Assembly (NCBI GenBank): GCA_018896675.1 | Contig: JAHIMK010000004.1 | Coordinates: forward strand, 1 to 47,298 | Direction: 5' to 3' | DNA from: Nanobdellota archaeon | GTDB lineage: Archaea; Nanobdellota; Nanobdellia; SCGC-AAA011-G17; GW2011-AR17 | DNA: 47,298 nucleotides | Part shown: one piece after another, positions 1-8,766 of the stretch | Position numbering within the stretch: the first letter of the stretch is position 1 | Layout: each line of letters begins with the position of its first letter | Position numbers and translations under genes: made by a program | Notes under the pieces: generated by a model | What the model saw: only the letters and a program-made list of their open reading frames with translations | Databases searched by the model: none | What the model was told of the DNA's origin: nothing

Positions 1-20
1 TATGTCTTTAAAATATCAAA

Positions 21-389
21 TCACCTATTCACAAAAAACTGAAAGGAATTTATAAACCTTATTCGCATCTTTGTCAAGTGGCAAGTGGTTAAATAATTCC
101 GCAGCAAGCTGCGGGGTATTCCTATCCCATCAAGGAATAAATAATCGAAAGTTGTGCAATGTAAATATCTAGATTTCTTCCAAATCTTCTCTAAGTCTGT
201 TGTAAGCAAACTAAAGAACATTAAGAAAGTTCTTAATTTTTGCCCATAATATTTTGAAGTAAGGATTGCATAAGTTTTTTTCAAACAATCCAATTGATTT
301 TCAGATCTTTTTAATTCCTGAATAACTAACTGCATCGATTTAGGAATCTTTTCAGGGATTTTTTTCTTCCAAAATAAGTTGCTTAACAT
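21..389 (-). CDS. hypothetical protein (123 aa if started at Met62 of the 21..572 track ORF)
   Basis: This is the only long open frame in 1-470. The ATG at 389 lies ~26 nt downstream of an AAAACTTTTATAT box (plus coordinates 410-424, read on the minus strand), which is leaderless geometry. The upstream part of the track ORF overlaps the promoter of the 477 gene and looks like AT-rich shadow. No domain recognised. Confidence 0.4.
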   Translation of the reverse strand: MLSNLFWKKKIPEKIPKSMQLVIQELKRSENQLDCLKKTYAILTSKYYGQKLRTFLMFFSLLTTDLEKIWKKSRYLHCTTFDYLFLDGIGIPRSLLRNYLTTCHLTKMRIRFINSFQFFVNR

Positions 390-476
390 AAGATAATGAT
401 GGTTTTTAAGGATATAAAAGTTTTTTGACCTAAAATTATATAAATAAGATATCCTTTTTACATAAAAGGTGATAAT

Positions 477-749
477 ATGACAATTGAACAAGTAATAAAT
501 CCAAAAAAGAAAACAGATAAAGATCCAAAAGAAATATGGGCTAATACAGAAATGGATGTAACAAGAAGACAAGAATGTTTATGCTATAATTGTAATTGTA
601 TGAATGATCAACCACCTTATACTTCTTGCCCGGCAGCAAAAGCGCTTTTCGATGTTTGTGTAAATCATGCTATGGCAATGATGATAACAAGGTGCGGTGT
701 ACAAGATGAAGATGGAAACTTGCTTTACAAACCATTAAAGAAACAATAA
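477..749 (+). CDS. small Cys-rich hypothetical protein (90 aa)
   Basis: TATA-like AAAATTATATAAAT at ~432-445 and SD-like AAGGTGAT at 465-472 precede the ATG. Cysteines include CLCYNCNC.. and TRCG. No family recognised. Confidence 0.65.
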   Translation: MTIEQVINPKKKTDKDPKEIWANTEMDVTRRQECLCYNCNCMNDQPPYTSCPAAKALFDVCVNHAMAMMITRCGVQDEDGNLLYKPLKKQ

Positions 750-780
750 CGTTTAAATAACTCTTTATTTTATTTATTGT

Positions 781-1233
781 ATGCATAAAAGGGGTATGAG
801 TGCAATTATTGCTACAGTCTTAATAATAGGCTTAACAGTTGTAATTGCTGCAGCGATTATCATATGGGGTATAGGTTTTTCTTCTGATATTCAGGAAGGT
901 GCTGATGATAAGAATGACCAAACAATGTTCTGTGCAAATTCTAAAATTAAATTAAGAAATGGATGTTTAGAAAATAATCAACTTAAGTTACTGATAGAAA
1001 ATCAAGGCCAGGTAGCTTTAACAGGATTTAATGTAAGAGTTATTGGGTCAGCAAGTGCTTACGGCTCAAAAATAGAAAAAGATTTAGGAATAGCAGGAAT
1101 AACCCAAATTTTAGTAGATCATGATGATACAATCGGGACAATTAAATCAGTTGAAGTGTTGCCTATGCTAAAAGTTAAAGAAATGATTTCTTGTGCACAG
1201 AGTGATGAATTGTATTCTATAAAACCTTGCTAG
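781..1233 (+). CDS. archaeal type IV pilin-like protein (class III signal peptide, DUF361-type N-terminus)
   Basis: The N-terminus MHKRG|MSAIIATVLIIGLTVVIAAAIIIWG matches the archaeal pilin/flagellin prepilin pattern: K/R-G, then a hydrophobic helix of the 'SpvIatvLli' type. Confidence 0.7.
   Translation: MHKRGMSAIIATVLIIGLTVVIAAAIIIWGIGFSSDIQEGADDKNDQTMFCANSKIKLRNGCLENNQLKLLIENQGQVALTGFNVRVIGSASAYGSKIEKDLGIAGITQILVDHDDTIGTIKSVEVLPMLKVKEMISCAQSDELYSIKPC
1215..1232. repeat. 18-bp perfect direct repeat, copy A (TTCTATAAAACCTTGCTA)
   Basis: Identical to 1911-1928. It covers the stop and last 4 codons (SKVL*) of the methyltransferase and the last codons of the convergent pilin-like gene. Confidence 0.9.
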
Positions 1234-1909
1234 CCACTAAAAGATATTCATAAATTAAAGATTTTGAAGTATTTATGTCATAAAGTCTTTTTATTTCTTG
1301 AATTTCTTTTTTAGTTTTTAAAAATACTTTTTTAAAATTATAATCCTGAAAATTTGATTTTCTCATTAAATCTTTAATAGAATCAGGCGTATGATAACAT
1401 TGCCAACCAATGGTATCATTAACTCTTAATTGTTTATCATCTATTTTTAATTTCATATTAAAATATTTCATACCTTTTTGGGTGCTATCATAAGATACAA
1501 GAAAAGCAATAAATTTTCCATCTTTTTTTAGAACTCGATTAATTTCTTTTCCCATTTGATACACTTCTTTTCTTTCAGGAGGTAAAATAGAATTAACAGA
1601 TATAATGTTATCAAAAGATTCGTTTTCAAAAGGTAAATTTTTAGAATCTGCTAAAATATATTCTAGATTAGGATGTTGAAAATTCTTTTGTGCTATATCT
1701 AACATAGCCTGGCAAAAATCTGTAGCTATTACTTTATTATCTTTAACTAAATCTTTATTTAAATAAGTAGCTGAACCACAACCTAAGTTTAAAATTAAAC
1801 CTGAATTTATTAAATCTAAAATTTGTTTTCTTCTCTGTGGGATACTAGTTAAAGAAAAAACTTTCTTGTCATAATCTTCACTAAATCCATCCCATTCATC
1901 ACTTTGCAT
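1217..1909 (-). CDS. class I SAM-dependent methyltransferase
   Basis: Motif I ILNLGCGSATY, an acidic loop ..VIATDF, post-I/II motifs ADSKNLPF..FDNIISVN, and LKKDGKF. The start is 3 nt after the rad50 stop with no promoter of its own. Confidence 0.85.
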   Translation of the reverse strand: MQSDEWDGFSEDYDKKVFSLTSIPQRRKQILDLINSGLILNLGCGSATYLNKDLVKDNKVIATDFCQAMLDIAQKNFQHPNLEYILADSKNLPFENESFDNIISVNSILPPERKEVYQMGKEINRVLKKDGKFIAFLVSYDSTQKGMKYFNMKLKIDDKQLRVNDTIGWQCYHTPDSIKDLMRKSNFQDYNFKKVFLKTKKEIQEIKRLYDINTSKSLIYEYLLVASKVL

Positions 1910-1910
1910 T

Positions 1911-1928
1911 TTCTATAAAACCTTGCTA
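1911..1928. repeat. 18-bp perfect direct repeat, copy B (TTCTATAAAACCTTGCTA)
   Basis: Identical to 1215-1232. It covers the stop and last 4 codons (SKVL*) of rad50. Confidence 0.9.
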
Positions 1929-4006
1929 ATATGTTCATTCTTTTCAAACCTAATTACATTCTCAACAAAACTTTCAATCTTAGGTTCATGACTAACAATA
2001 ATTATTTGTCCAATGCTTAATTCATCTAATACTGCCCTCATATTATCTAATTGTTCACTTGAAAATCCGTCAGTAGGCTCATCTAAGATAATAATAGATC
2101 TAGTCTTTATAGAGCTCATAATGTTGTTGATTACTTGGTTTAAAGCTAATCTGTAAGCTAAGGCAGCCCCTGTCTTTTCACCACCAGATAAAAAGTCATA
2201 ATCTGTTTCATAACCATTCTGCTCAATTAATGGCGTAAATTCATTATCTAACTTGACTTCCATTGAATCATTTTCAATCAACATAGAGAACCATTTAGAG
2301 AATAAAGAACTAAAATCTTCATGCACTCTAAACATGATATGTTTTTCCATATTTCCCATTAATGGAATGAATTGGTCATTTAACCATGTTTGTAAACTAG
2401 AAATATGTTCAAAGTTTTTTCTGGCAGCCTCTTTATTGGCAATCTCTTTCTCTAAAGATTCAATAACAGTTTTTAACATTCTACAGCTAGTATCTAATTC
2501 AGCCTTAAGAACTTCTAATGTTCTATGTCCGTCTAAAGCTTTATCCAAATCTTCTTTTGCATTGCTAAATTCTGCATCAAAATTTTCAAATTGTTTTAAT
2601 CCTAATAATTTAGAATCTTTTTTGAATTGAAGGTCTTTACTTTCTTTATCTATACTTGACAATTGTTCTTCTAAAGATTTTTTCTTATTAATTTTTTCAT
2701 CAAACTCTCTTAGTTTAGACTGAGCAACCAAAATTAATTTTTCTTCTTCTCTTAATTTATCTAAATCTTCATTCAATTTAGATTTTAAGGCATTCAATTC
2801 TTGTTCTTTCTCCCCATTTAATTTATATTTTAAAGTTAAATCATTCAACTTAAATGTCTCTTCTTCGATTATGTTTATTTTATGTTCTGAACTAACTTCT
2901 TGGAAACAAGTAGGACAATTGTTTAATTCAGAAATCTTAGATTTCTTATCTTCAGCATGTAATTTTTTAACTTTCAATTCTTGAATCAAGTTTCTGATTT
3001 CAGTTAAAGAATTTTCAAGCTCCAGAATATCTTTTTTCTTGTTTTCAATATGCAAATGCAAATCTTCTTTAATCTCAACTTTTTTAAAATTAGTGATAAC
3101 AGCATCTAATTGTTTAATTTCCTCTGAGTTTCTTTGCTTTTGTTCATATAAATGTTTTAATTTTAAATCAGCCAACTCAATCTCTTTTTTTAATTCCCTA
3201 ATCCTTTCCATCTTTTTTTCAATTAAACTAATATTTTCTTTTTTGTTTTTAACATTCAAATTAGAACTTTCAAGTTTAGGCGTTAAATTCTTTAATTTTA
3301 ACTCAAACTCTAATAACTCTTCTTTCTTAGCTTTTTCAGAATCTCTTTTATTTACTAAATCTGAAATATAACCAGCTAGTTCTTTTCTTTTATCTTTCAA
3401 TTTAGAAATTACAATCTTGGCATTTTCACTTATCCTTTTATATTTGTCAATTCCAAAAACTTTTCTTAAAGTGTTTAATCTATCCTCTTTATCGCATGTT
3501 AAAATCTGTTTCATCTGTTCTTGTGAAGTGTAAACAGTATATCTATACAATAAATCATTCTTAGTCAAGGCTTCCTTAGGATAATTTAACATATCTAAGA
3601 TATGCTGTTTAAGCTCAATAGGCGTTCCTTTCTTTTCTTCATCATCTATAGAAATAAATCCTGAGTCTTGAATAACACTTGTTTTGCTTCTCTTTAAACC
3701 TCTGTTAATGACAACATTCTTGCCATCAATATCAAAATGTAATTCTACCCTGCCTTTATCTTCCCCGTTTCTTAACAAGGAAGCGCCTGAAAGTTCTCCC
3801 CTTCTAATACCGAACAAGGCAAAATCTATTGCCATTAAGATTGTGGATTTGCCGGAACCGATATTTCCTGCTAATAACAAGCTTCCCGGAGGAATATCTA
3901 TTTCGGCATTTAAATATGAACGAATGTTGTCCAAAACCACCTTTTTTATTATCATCAGCAGAAAGAATAAAATAGGACTATTTAAAGTTTTATTTAACTT
4001 AAGCAA
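1913..4006 (-). CDS. rad50: DNA double-strand break repair ATPase Rad50 (short coiled-coil form)
   Basis: Walker A GNIGSGKST, a long K/E-rich coiled coil with a central CxxC zinc hook (NNCPTCFQEV), ABC signature LSGGEKTGAALAYRLAL, Walker B IIILDEPTDGF and H-loop VSHE. An alternative start at 3955 (MIIKKVVLDNIRSY) fits the usual Rad50 N-terminus better. Confidence 0.9.
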   Translation of the reverse strand: MLKLNKTLNSPILFFLLMIIKKVVLDNIRSYLNAEIDIPPGSLLLAGNIGSGKSTILMAIDFALFGIRRGELSGASLLRNGEDKGRVELHFDIDGKNVVINRGLKRSKTSVIQDSGFISIDDEEKKGTPIELKQHILDMLNYPKEALTKNDLLYRYTVYTSQEQMKQILTCDKEDRLNTLRKVFGIDKYKRISENAKIVISKLKDKRKELAGYISDLVNKRDSEKAKKEELLEFELKLKNLTPKLESSNLNVKNKKENISLIEKKMERIRELKKEIELADLKLKHLYEQKQRNSEEIKQLDAVITNFKKVEIKEDLHLHIENKKKDILELENSLTEIRNLIQELKVKKLHAEDKKSKISELNNCPTCFQEVSSEHKINIIEEETFKLNDLTLKYKLNGEKEQELNALKSKLNEDLDKLREEEKLILVAQSKLREFDEKINKKKSLEEQLSSIDKESKDLQFKKDSKLLGLKQFENFDAEFSNAKEDLDKALDGHRTLEVLKAELDTSCRMLKTVIESLEKEIANKEAARKNFEHISSLQTWLNDQFIPLMGNMEKHIMFRVHEDFSSLFSKWFSMLIENDSMEVKLDNEFTPLIEQNGYETDYDFLSGGEKTGAALAYRLALNQVINNIMSSIKTRSIIILDEPTDGFSSEQLDNMRAVLDELSIGQIIIVSHEPKIESFVENVIRFEKNEHISKVL

Positions 4007-4039
4007 TAATTTTAAATATTCTCTAAATACTTTATAAAT

Positions 4040-5011
4040 ATGCGAAAAAAGAGGTCTTCTAAATTAAAGTATTTAATAGTAATAACTGTAATAATTTCAT
4101 TATTTTATTTGATTCTTTACTTATATTCATCGGGACATTTTTTTATTGAAATATCTTGCCCAGATGAAGGTGGCACCTGTAAATCTTCATGTAGTTCTTG
4201 GGAGTTTGAAGGTTTGGCATGTAGTCAAGATAATGTTTGTTGTATCCCATTAGAAGAAAATACTATCAAATTAGCAATGGAAAAAAGAGATATTAGCTTA
4301 TGTCAATTCATTACAACTACTATTGCGAAAAAATCTTGTGAATTAGCTGTTTTGGATATAATGGATTTTGATTTAGCATTAAATTTTAAAGATAGCAAAT
4401 ATTGTATTAATATTAAAAATCCATCAATAAAAGATTCTTGTTTTGAAGAATCTGCTTTACAAACAAATAATAAATCCTTATGTAGTTCAATAACTTCGAT
4501 AGAACTTAAAGATGTTTGTTTTCTAAATTTTGTTAACTCCAGAGAAGATAAAGTAATTTGTGATTTAATTTCTTCAGATTTTTACAAGGAAAGATGTTTA
4601 AAGAAAATAGCTGAAATTACTCAAGACATTTCAATTTGTTCTCAATTAAAGATTTATTCTGAATATTATGATTGTTTTAGCAAAGTTGACTTAAGAAAGC
4701 ATGCTACTTTTAATGCTGAATGTGAAAATCTTAACAAAGAAGACTGTAAAAGTCAAAGAGGTTGCAAACCTTTGATTATAAATGAGTTAAAACAGGCAGT
4801 TGAAGCTTATGGTGGTTGTGCAAGAGATGAAGAATTGTTTTGCACATTAACTCAGGGTTCATGGGAAGACATGCCTAACGCAATTATGCAAACTATAGAA
4901 AAAGGTTGCATCTGTAAAAATAACAAGGTATATTATAGGGGATATGGTTGTTTTGATTGCGATATCTTTTCAAATGAAAATGTAAGAAAAGATTGTAAAG
5001 ACAAATTATAA
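4040..5011 (+). CDS. membrane-anchored Cys-rich repeat protein, unknown function
   Basis: N-terminal K/R-rich segment plus a TM helix. Five or more degenerate ~30-aa units of the form D/N-x-S/K-x-C-x(10-13)-C (e.g. DISLCQFITTTIAKKSC, DSKYCINIKNPSIKDSC). TATA-like TTTTAAATAT lies ~26 nt upstream of the ATG. Confidence 0.7.
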   Translation: MRKKRSSKLKYLIVITVIISLFYLILYLYSSGHFFIEISCPDEGGTCKSSCSSWEFEGLACSQDNVCCIPLEENTIKLAMEKRDISLCQFITTTIAKKSCELAVLDIMDFDLALNFKDSKYCINIKNPSIKDSCFEESALQTNNKSLCSSITSIELKDVCFLNFVNSREDKVICDLISSDFYKERCLKKIAEITQDISICSQLKIYSEYYDCFSKVDLRKHATFNAECENLNKEDCKSQRGCKPLIINELKQAVEAYGGCARDEELFCTLTQGSWEDMPNAIMQTIEKGCICKNNKVYYRGYGCFDCDIFSNENVRKDCKDKL

Positions 5012-6208
5012 TCCTAATGATTTTAAAGCTTCAGTAGAAATTCTTATTTCAAAATCTGCACTTTTTTCGCCTTCAGTTCTTTCTTTGTCTAACAACTGAA
5101 TTAAATCGGTAATTAATCTCTTTTCAATTTTGGAATCATTAAACAATTTCGTGTTATAAGCATGCATTTCAATTAATTCAGGCTCAACATTTTTAACATC
5201 TTTGATTTCGTCATTTTGTTCAAACTGTATTGATAAAACTTTATTGGAATTTTTCATAATAAAATAAGCATCATCCATCTTAGAAAATATTTCTTTAAAA
5301 TCTAAATCAGATGGTTTGCCTTGCTTTAAAGTTCCTTTTAACCTCAGTAACACAATTTTGTCATTTGAATCTAATATAGAGCATTTTTCTATTAATTCAT
5401 CATTGACTTCTGAAGAAGTTTTATTGTCAACACTATAATCAATAGTAACAACATCTTTTAGCTTAACAGGAACATATTCTTTTGTTAAATTTCCATCATA
5501 ATTCACAACATAAAATCCTCCTTGCTTAAACTCTTCCATTTCTTTGAAATTATTTGGAAATAAAGCTCCTGGAAAAACTAGTTTGCCAGTACTATAATCT
5601 TTTTCTAAGATTGAATGTACGTGGCCACCTGCATAATAATCGAAATTTTTTGGCAGCTCAGCTTCTTTCATACTTTCCATCATTTCCATACCTTGGGGTT
5701 TAAGTTCATCAATAGCAGTATGGAACATAAAAATCTTAAAGCCTGATTCATTTTCTATGTTTGAAAAATCTAACTCTTTATAATCTTCTTTTTCTAAGCC
5801 ACCTTTTTTCCCGAGCATACCTGTAATCTTAATATCTCCTACTTGAGTAAATAATAATTTATTATCTTCAATTTTTACAACATTTTCGCACAATCCGGCT
5901 TTTTCTAAAACATCAAGCATAGTTTTGCCACTTGGAGAGAAATCATGAGATCCAGGTATAACATAAATTTTTATGCCTGCATCTTTTACTCTTTTCATAA
6001 TTCCAACAGTTTCTTTAATCAAATCAATTTGTGGTAAAGCTGTATTGAATAAGTCTCCAGCAATTAAAACAAAGTCCATAGAATGTTCTACACAGTATTT
6101 CATTGCTTTATCAAAAGCTTTCAAACTAAGCTTTTTCATTTTTGGATCTGACCAACCACCTATATGGCAGTCAGCTATATGTGCGAATTTCATTTTTAAA
6201 ATTAACAA
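5006..6208 (-). CDS. mre11: DNA double-strand break repair nuclease Mre11
   Basis: Calcineurin-like phosphoesterase motifs in order: HIADCHIG, AGDLFN, PGSHD, MFHTAI, GGHVH. The likely true start is MKFAHIADCH at 6193. Confidence 0.9.
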   Translation of the reverse strand: MLILKMKFAHIADCHIGGWSDPKMKKLSLKAFDKAMKYCVEHSMDFVLIAGDLFNTALPQIDLIKETVGIMKRVKDAGIKIYVIPGSHDFSPSGKTMLDVLEKAGLCENVVKIEDNKLLFTQVGDIKITGMLGKKGGLEKEDYKELDFSNIENESGFKIFMFHTAIDELKPQGMEMMESMKEAELPKNFDYYAGGHVHSILEKDYSTGKLVFPGALFPNNFKEMEEFKQGGFYVVNYDGNLTKEYVPVKLKDVVTIDYSVDNKTSSEVNDELIEKCSILDSNDKIVLLRLKGTLKQGKPSDLDFKEIFSKMDDAYFIMKNSNKVLSIQFEQNDEIKDVKNVEPELIEMHAYNTKLFNDSKIEKRLITDLIQLLDKERTEGEKSADFEIRISTEALKSLGL

Positions 6209-6456
6209 TCTTGTGGACAGTTATAATGGTATTCATTTATTTCACAAAGACTATTACCGCAACTATTTCCAGGATCCATGTTTCTTATAGGTTCTGATTT
6301 ATGTACTACAGGAGTTGGGTCTTTACTATTCAAGGTAGCCATTCCACTTAATAAAATTCCTTCTTTACCATAAATTTCTGAAAATAAAGCTATTTGTGAA
6401 ATTCCACAAAAAACTAAGATTCCAATTATAATCAAAGTAATTACAATTTTTTTCAT
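6202..6456 (-). CDS. small secreted Cys-rich protein
   Basis: SD AGGAGGT before the ATG, an N-terminal signal/TM segment, and a C-terminal CGNSLCEINEYHYNCPQDC motif (CGxxxCE..NCxxDC type). Confidence 0.65.
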   Translation of the reverse strand: MKKIVITLIIIGILVFCGISQIALFSEIYGKEGILLSGMATLNSKDPTPVVHKSEPIRNMDPGNSCGNSLCEINEYHYNCPQDC

Positions 6457-6549
6457 ATTATACCTCCTTTGTTTTTTAAATAAAATCTCTTTATCATTAT
6501 AAATTTATCTATCAAAATGTTTAAATAAGTTAAAATTATTAAAATAGAT

Positions 6550-7011
6550 ATGGAAGAGAGGCGTGAAATTCTTGTTAATTATGTTAAAGATGCTTTAAGC
6601 AAAGGATATTCTGAATCAGTCTTAAGAAAACATTTGCTAGATAATGGTGTTTCTTGGGTTGAAGCTGCTAGCATATTAACTGTAGCCAAGACAGAGTTAG
6701 GCTTAAATGGTAATTCTAAAGAGGAAATTGTTGAGAAACCTCAATCTGGTCTACCGCCTGTATTAATTGCTTTAGCAGGTTTGTTTGGCATGATTATAAT
6801 TTATTTTTATAGGATGTTAAACGGCATGTTTAATTATTCAGTTTTAGGAGATTCATTAAACGCAGTATGGCCTTTAGTATTTCCAATAATGTCTAATATG
6901 GTAAATTTAGTCTTTTTTAGAAAGAAATTCTTATTTAGTTTAATATTGACTTTAGTTGTTATAATAATCTTAGCAATGATTCTTACAATACTTCCTTTAA
7001 TTGGAATTTAA
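6550..7011 (+). CDS. membrane protein, unknown function
   Basis: A soluble N-terminal ~60 aa is followed by three predicted TM helices. No family recognised. Confidence 0.55.
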   Translation: MEERREILVNYVKDALSKGYSESVLRKHLLDNGVSWVEAASILTVAKTELGLNGNSKEEIVEKPQSGLPPVLIALAGLFGMIIIYFYRMLNGMFNYSVLGDSLNAVWPLVFPIMSNMVNLVFFRKKFLFSLILTLVVIIILAMILTILPLIGI

Positions 7012-7023
7012 AAAATAAAAAAA

Positions 7024-7611
7024 TTAGCAGCAAAGTGCTGCGGTTGGTTCAGTTTGTATTAAAATTGGACCTGCATAAGGTTCTGAGTATAGTGAAGTAG
7101 GCATCTCTTGATTTTGAGATACTGGTTCTATTCTAAACCCACAATTTGGTGATTCTTGTAACCACTTATGATTTTTATCTTCAAATTGAATCTTACCTTC
7201 ATTATTATATAATTTTATTGTTTTAAGAAACTCTACTCCTTTACATTCTAATCCTTCTTCTTGACATATATCATTTAAAGTGCTTTCTAGATCATGATTG
7301 AAAGTGTTTACAATTTTACATGTTTCTTCTAAATCTTCTCCTGGCAAATCAGGATTATTTGGGTTGTCCACTTCTGCATCGTTATTATTTGGCAAATCAG
7401 GATTATTTGGGTTGTCCATTTCTGCATCACGATTAGGCAATGAATTTTCTGTTGCTACCGAAGTAACTTTGATTCCAAATAACTTTTGAAAGAAATTCAT
7501 TTCTGCTGTTGTATGTCCAGTTACAGGGTCATCATTTTTTAATCCTATCATTAATCCAGAAACACCAATAACTAAAACAATTAAAGTTAAAATAACATAT
7601 AATTTTTTCAT
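7024..7611 (-). CDS. secreted/anchored protein, VTG..FFxKLFGIK family, C-terminal CC
   Basis: SD GGAGGA precedes the second ATG (MKKLYVIL..). TM helix, then VTGHTTAEMNFFQKLFGIK, an internal DNPNNPDLP duplication, and the protein ends ..AALCC. Confidence 0.7.
   Translation of the reverse strand: MKKLYVILTLIVLVIGVSGLMIGLKNDDPVTGHTTAEMNFFQKLFGIKVTSVATENSLPNRDAEMDNPNNPDLPNNNDAEVDNPNNPDLPGEDLEETCKIVNTFNHDLESTLNDICQEEGLECKGVEFLKTIKLYNNEGKIQFEDKNHKWLQESPNCGFRIEPVSQNQEMPTSLYSEPYAGPILIQTEPTAALCC
7343..7428. repeat. in-frame 48-bp tandem duplication
   Basis: GGCAAATCAGGATTATTTGGGTTGTCCA(C/T)TTCTGCATC occurs at 7343-7380 and 7391-7428 with 37/38 identity. It encodes DAE(M/V)DNPNNPDLP twice. Confidence 0.9.
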
Positions 7612-7683
7612 TTTATCCTCCATTTTAATGTTAATTATTAAGAATTAATTAATATAAATACTTAACTAAAAAAAGTAAAAAAA

Positions 7684-8766
7684 TTAACCTAGGAATCTTC
7701 CTAGGATTTTTAAAAACCAACTTTGTTTTGAGGGTTCAGGTTCTTGATTTTTAATACATTCTCCCATATAGCAGGAAAAATCTTTAGGACAGCTTGTAAG
7801 GTTGGATAAGCAAAGATTATTATTGCATGACCATTCCTTTAATTCTCCAGTTTTCAAGCAAGAATCTTCGTTTAGTTTTGAAGTAATATCAACGCATTTT
7901 CCTTTTTTAAAAATATCAGAACCACCATCACTATCTTTGCATCCAGTAGCAGGTTCTTGTAAAGCTTCTTTATCTTCAACTAATATCCAAACATCTGAAG
8001 TAAATCTTACTACATCTCCGCCCATTAATGCAAAACCTTCAACACTCATATTAGAGAATATATGGATTACTTTTTCGCAAGAACCAGCAACACCTGAATC
8101 AGTTAAATCTTCACAATTGTTAAATTCAAATATTACATCCTGCGGAATATTTAGTCTAACTCTATCAGAACTGCTCATTTGTCTTGGATTAATTACTATT
8201 GCTCTGCTTGACATGTTGACATTTCTATTGCTTAATCCATTGCCTATAATGTTTCCATATTGCTTTATTTGCAATTCTTGTTCTTCTTCAGTTACTAAAT
8301 AATCTCCTAATGATTGCAATTGATTATTTTCTATGTTCCATCTGCTTAAAATGCTTGCATTATATGCCTGCCAATTAAGCATACTTTTCAGTTCAATTTC
8401 TAATTTATTGCTGTGATTCCCAATACCTTTTTTTGCATTTACAATAAAATTATCATAAGTTCCTTGTATCCTTAGAAAATTTAATGCTTCTTCACCGAAA
8501 TCTCCGTAAAGCGTTGGCTTTCTGGGAGCTTGGATAGTTTTATAAAATATTTTTATATTCAAAGAATTGTCTTCTGCATACCCATTTGTCTTTTTACTTA
8601 TAGTTTCTTTAGCTTCAATATTTGACTTTTTTTCAACAGCTATTTGTTCACTTTGTTTAACTGTTAATTTTTTCCCAAATAATTGGTCAAAGAAACCAGC
8701 TGAAACCAAGCCACTTACCAATAATAGAGAAATAATCATTACGATTAAAATACTTCTTTTTTTCAT
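7684..8766 (-). CDS. secreted protein with GFFDQLFGKK motif and C-terminal Cys-rich module
   Basis: SD GGGGGA precedes the ATG of MKKRSILIV... Signal/TM segment, then GFFDQLFGKK; C-terminal Cys cluster CKDSDGG..C..C..C..C; amphipathic tail SWFLKILGRFLG. Confidence 0.7.
   Translation of the reverse strand: MKKRSILIVMIISLLLVSGLVSAGFFDQLFGKKLTVKQSEQIAVEKKSNIEAKETISKKTNGYAEDNSLNIKIFYKTIQAPRKPTLYGDFGEEALNFLRIQGTYDNFIVNAKKGIGNHSNKLEIELKSMLNWQAYNASILSRWNIENNQLQSLGDYLVTEEEQELQIKQYGNIIGNGLSNRNVNMSSRAIVINPRQMSSSDRVRLNIPQDVIFEFNNCEDLTDSGVAGSCEKVIHIFSNMSVEGFALMGGDVVRFTSDVWILVEDKEALQEPATGCKDSDGGSDIFKKGKCVDITSKLNEDSCLKTGELKEWSCNNNLCLSNLTSCPKDFSCYMGECIKNQEPEPSKQSWFLKILGRFLG

Noticed and set aside
390-572. 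The N-terminal 61 codons of the 21..572 track ORF.
   Set aside because: The sequence (..FCISPYFFWIFICFLFWIYYLF..) is an aromatic-rich shadow. It overlaps the promoter, SD and start of the 477 gene on the other strand. A promoter-consistent internal ATG exists at 389.
2253-4037. Track ORFs 2253..2630, 3039..3371 and 3684..4037 on the plus strand.
   Set aside because: They lie entirely antisense to rad50, which has clear Walker A/B, zinc-hook and signature motifs. Their translations are low-complexity, S/F/L/I-rich shadow sequences typical of the reverse of K/E-rich coiled-coil coding DNA.
5973-6290. Plus-strand ORF 5973..6290.
   Set aside because: It is antisense to the mre11 5' end and the small secreted-protein gene, so it is a shadow ORF.
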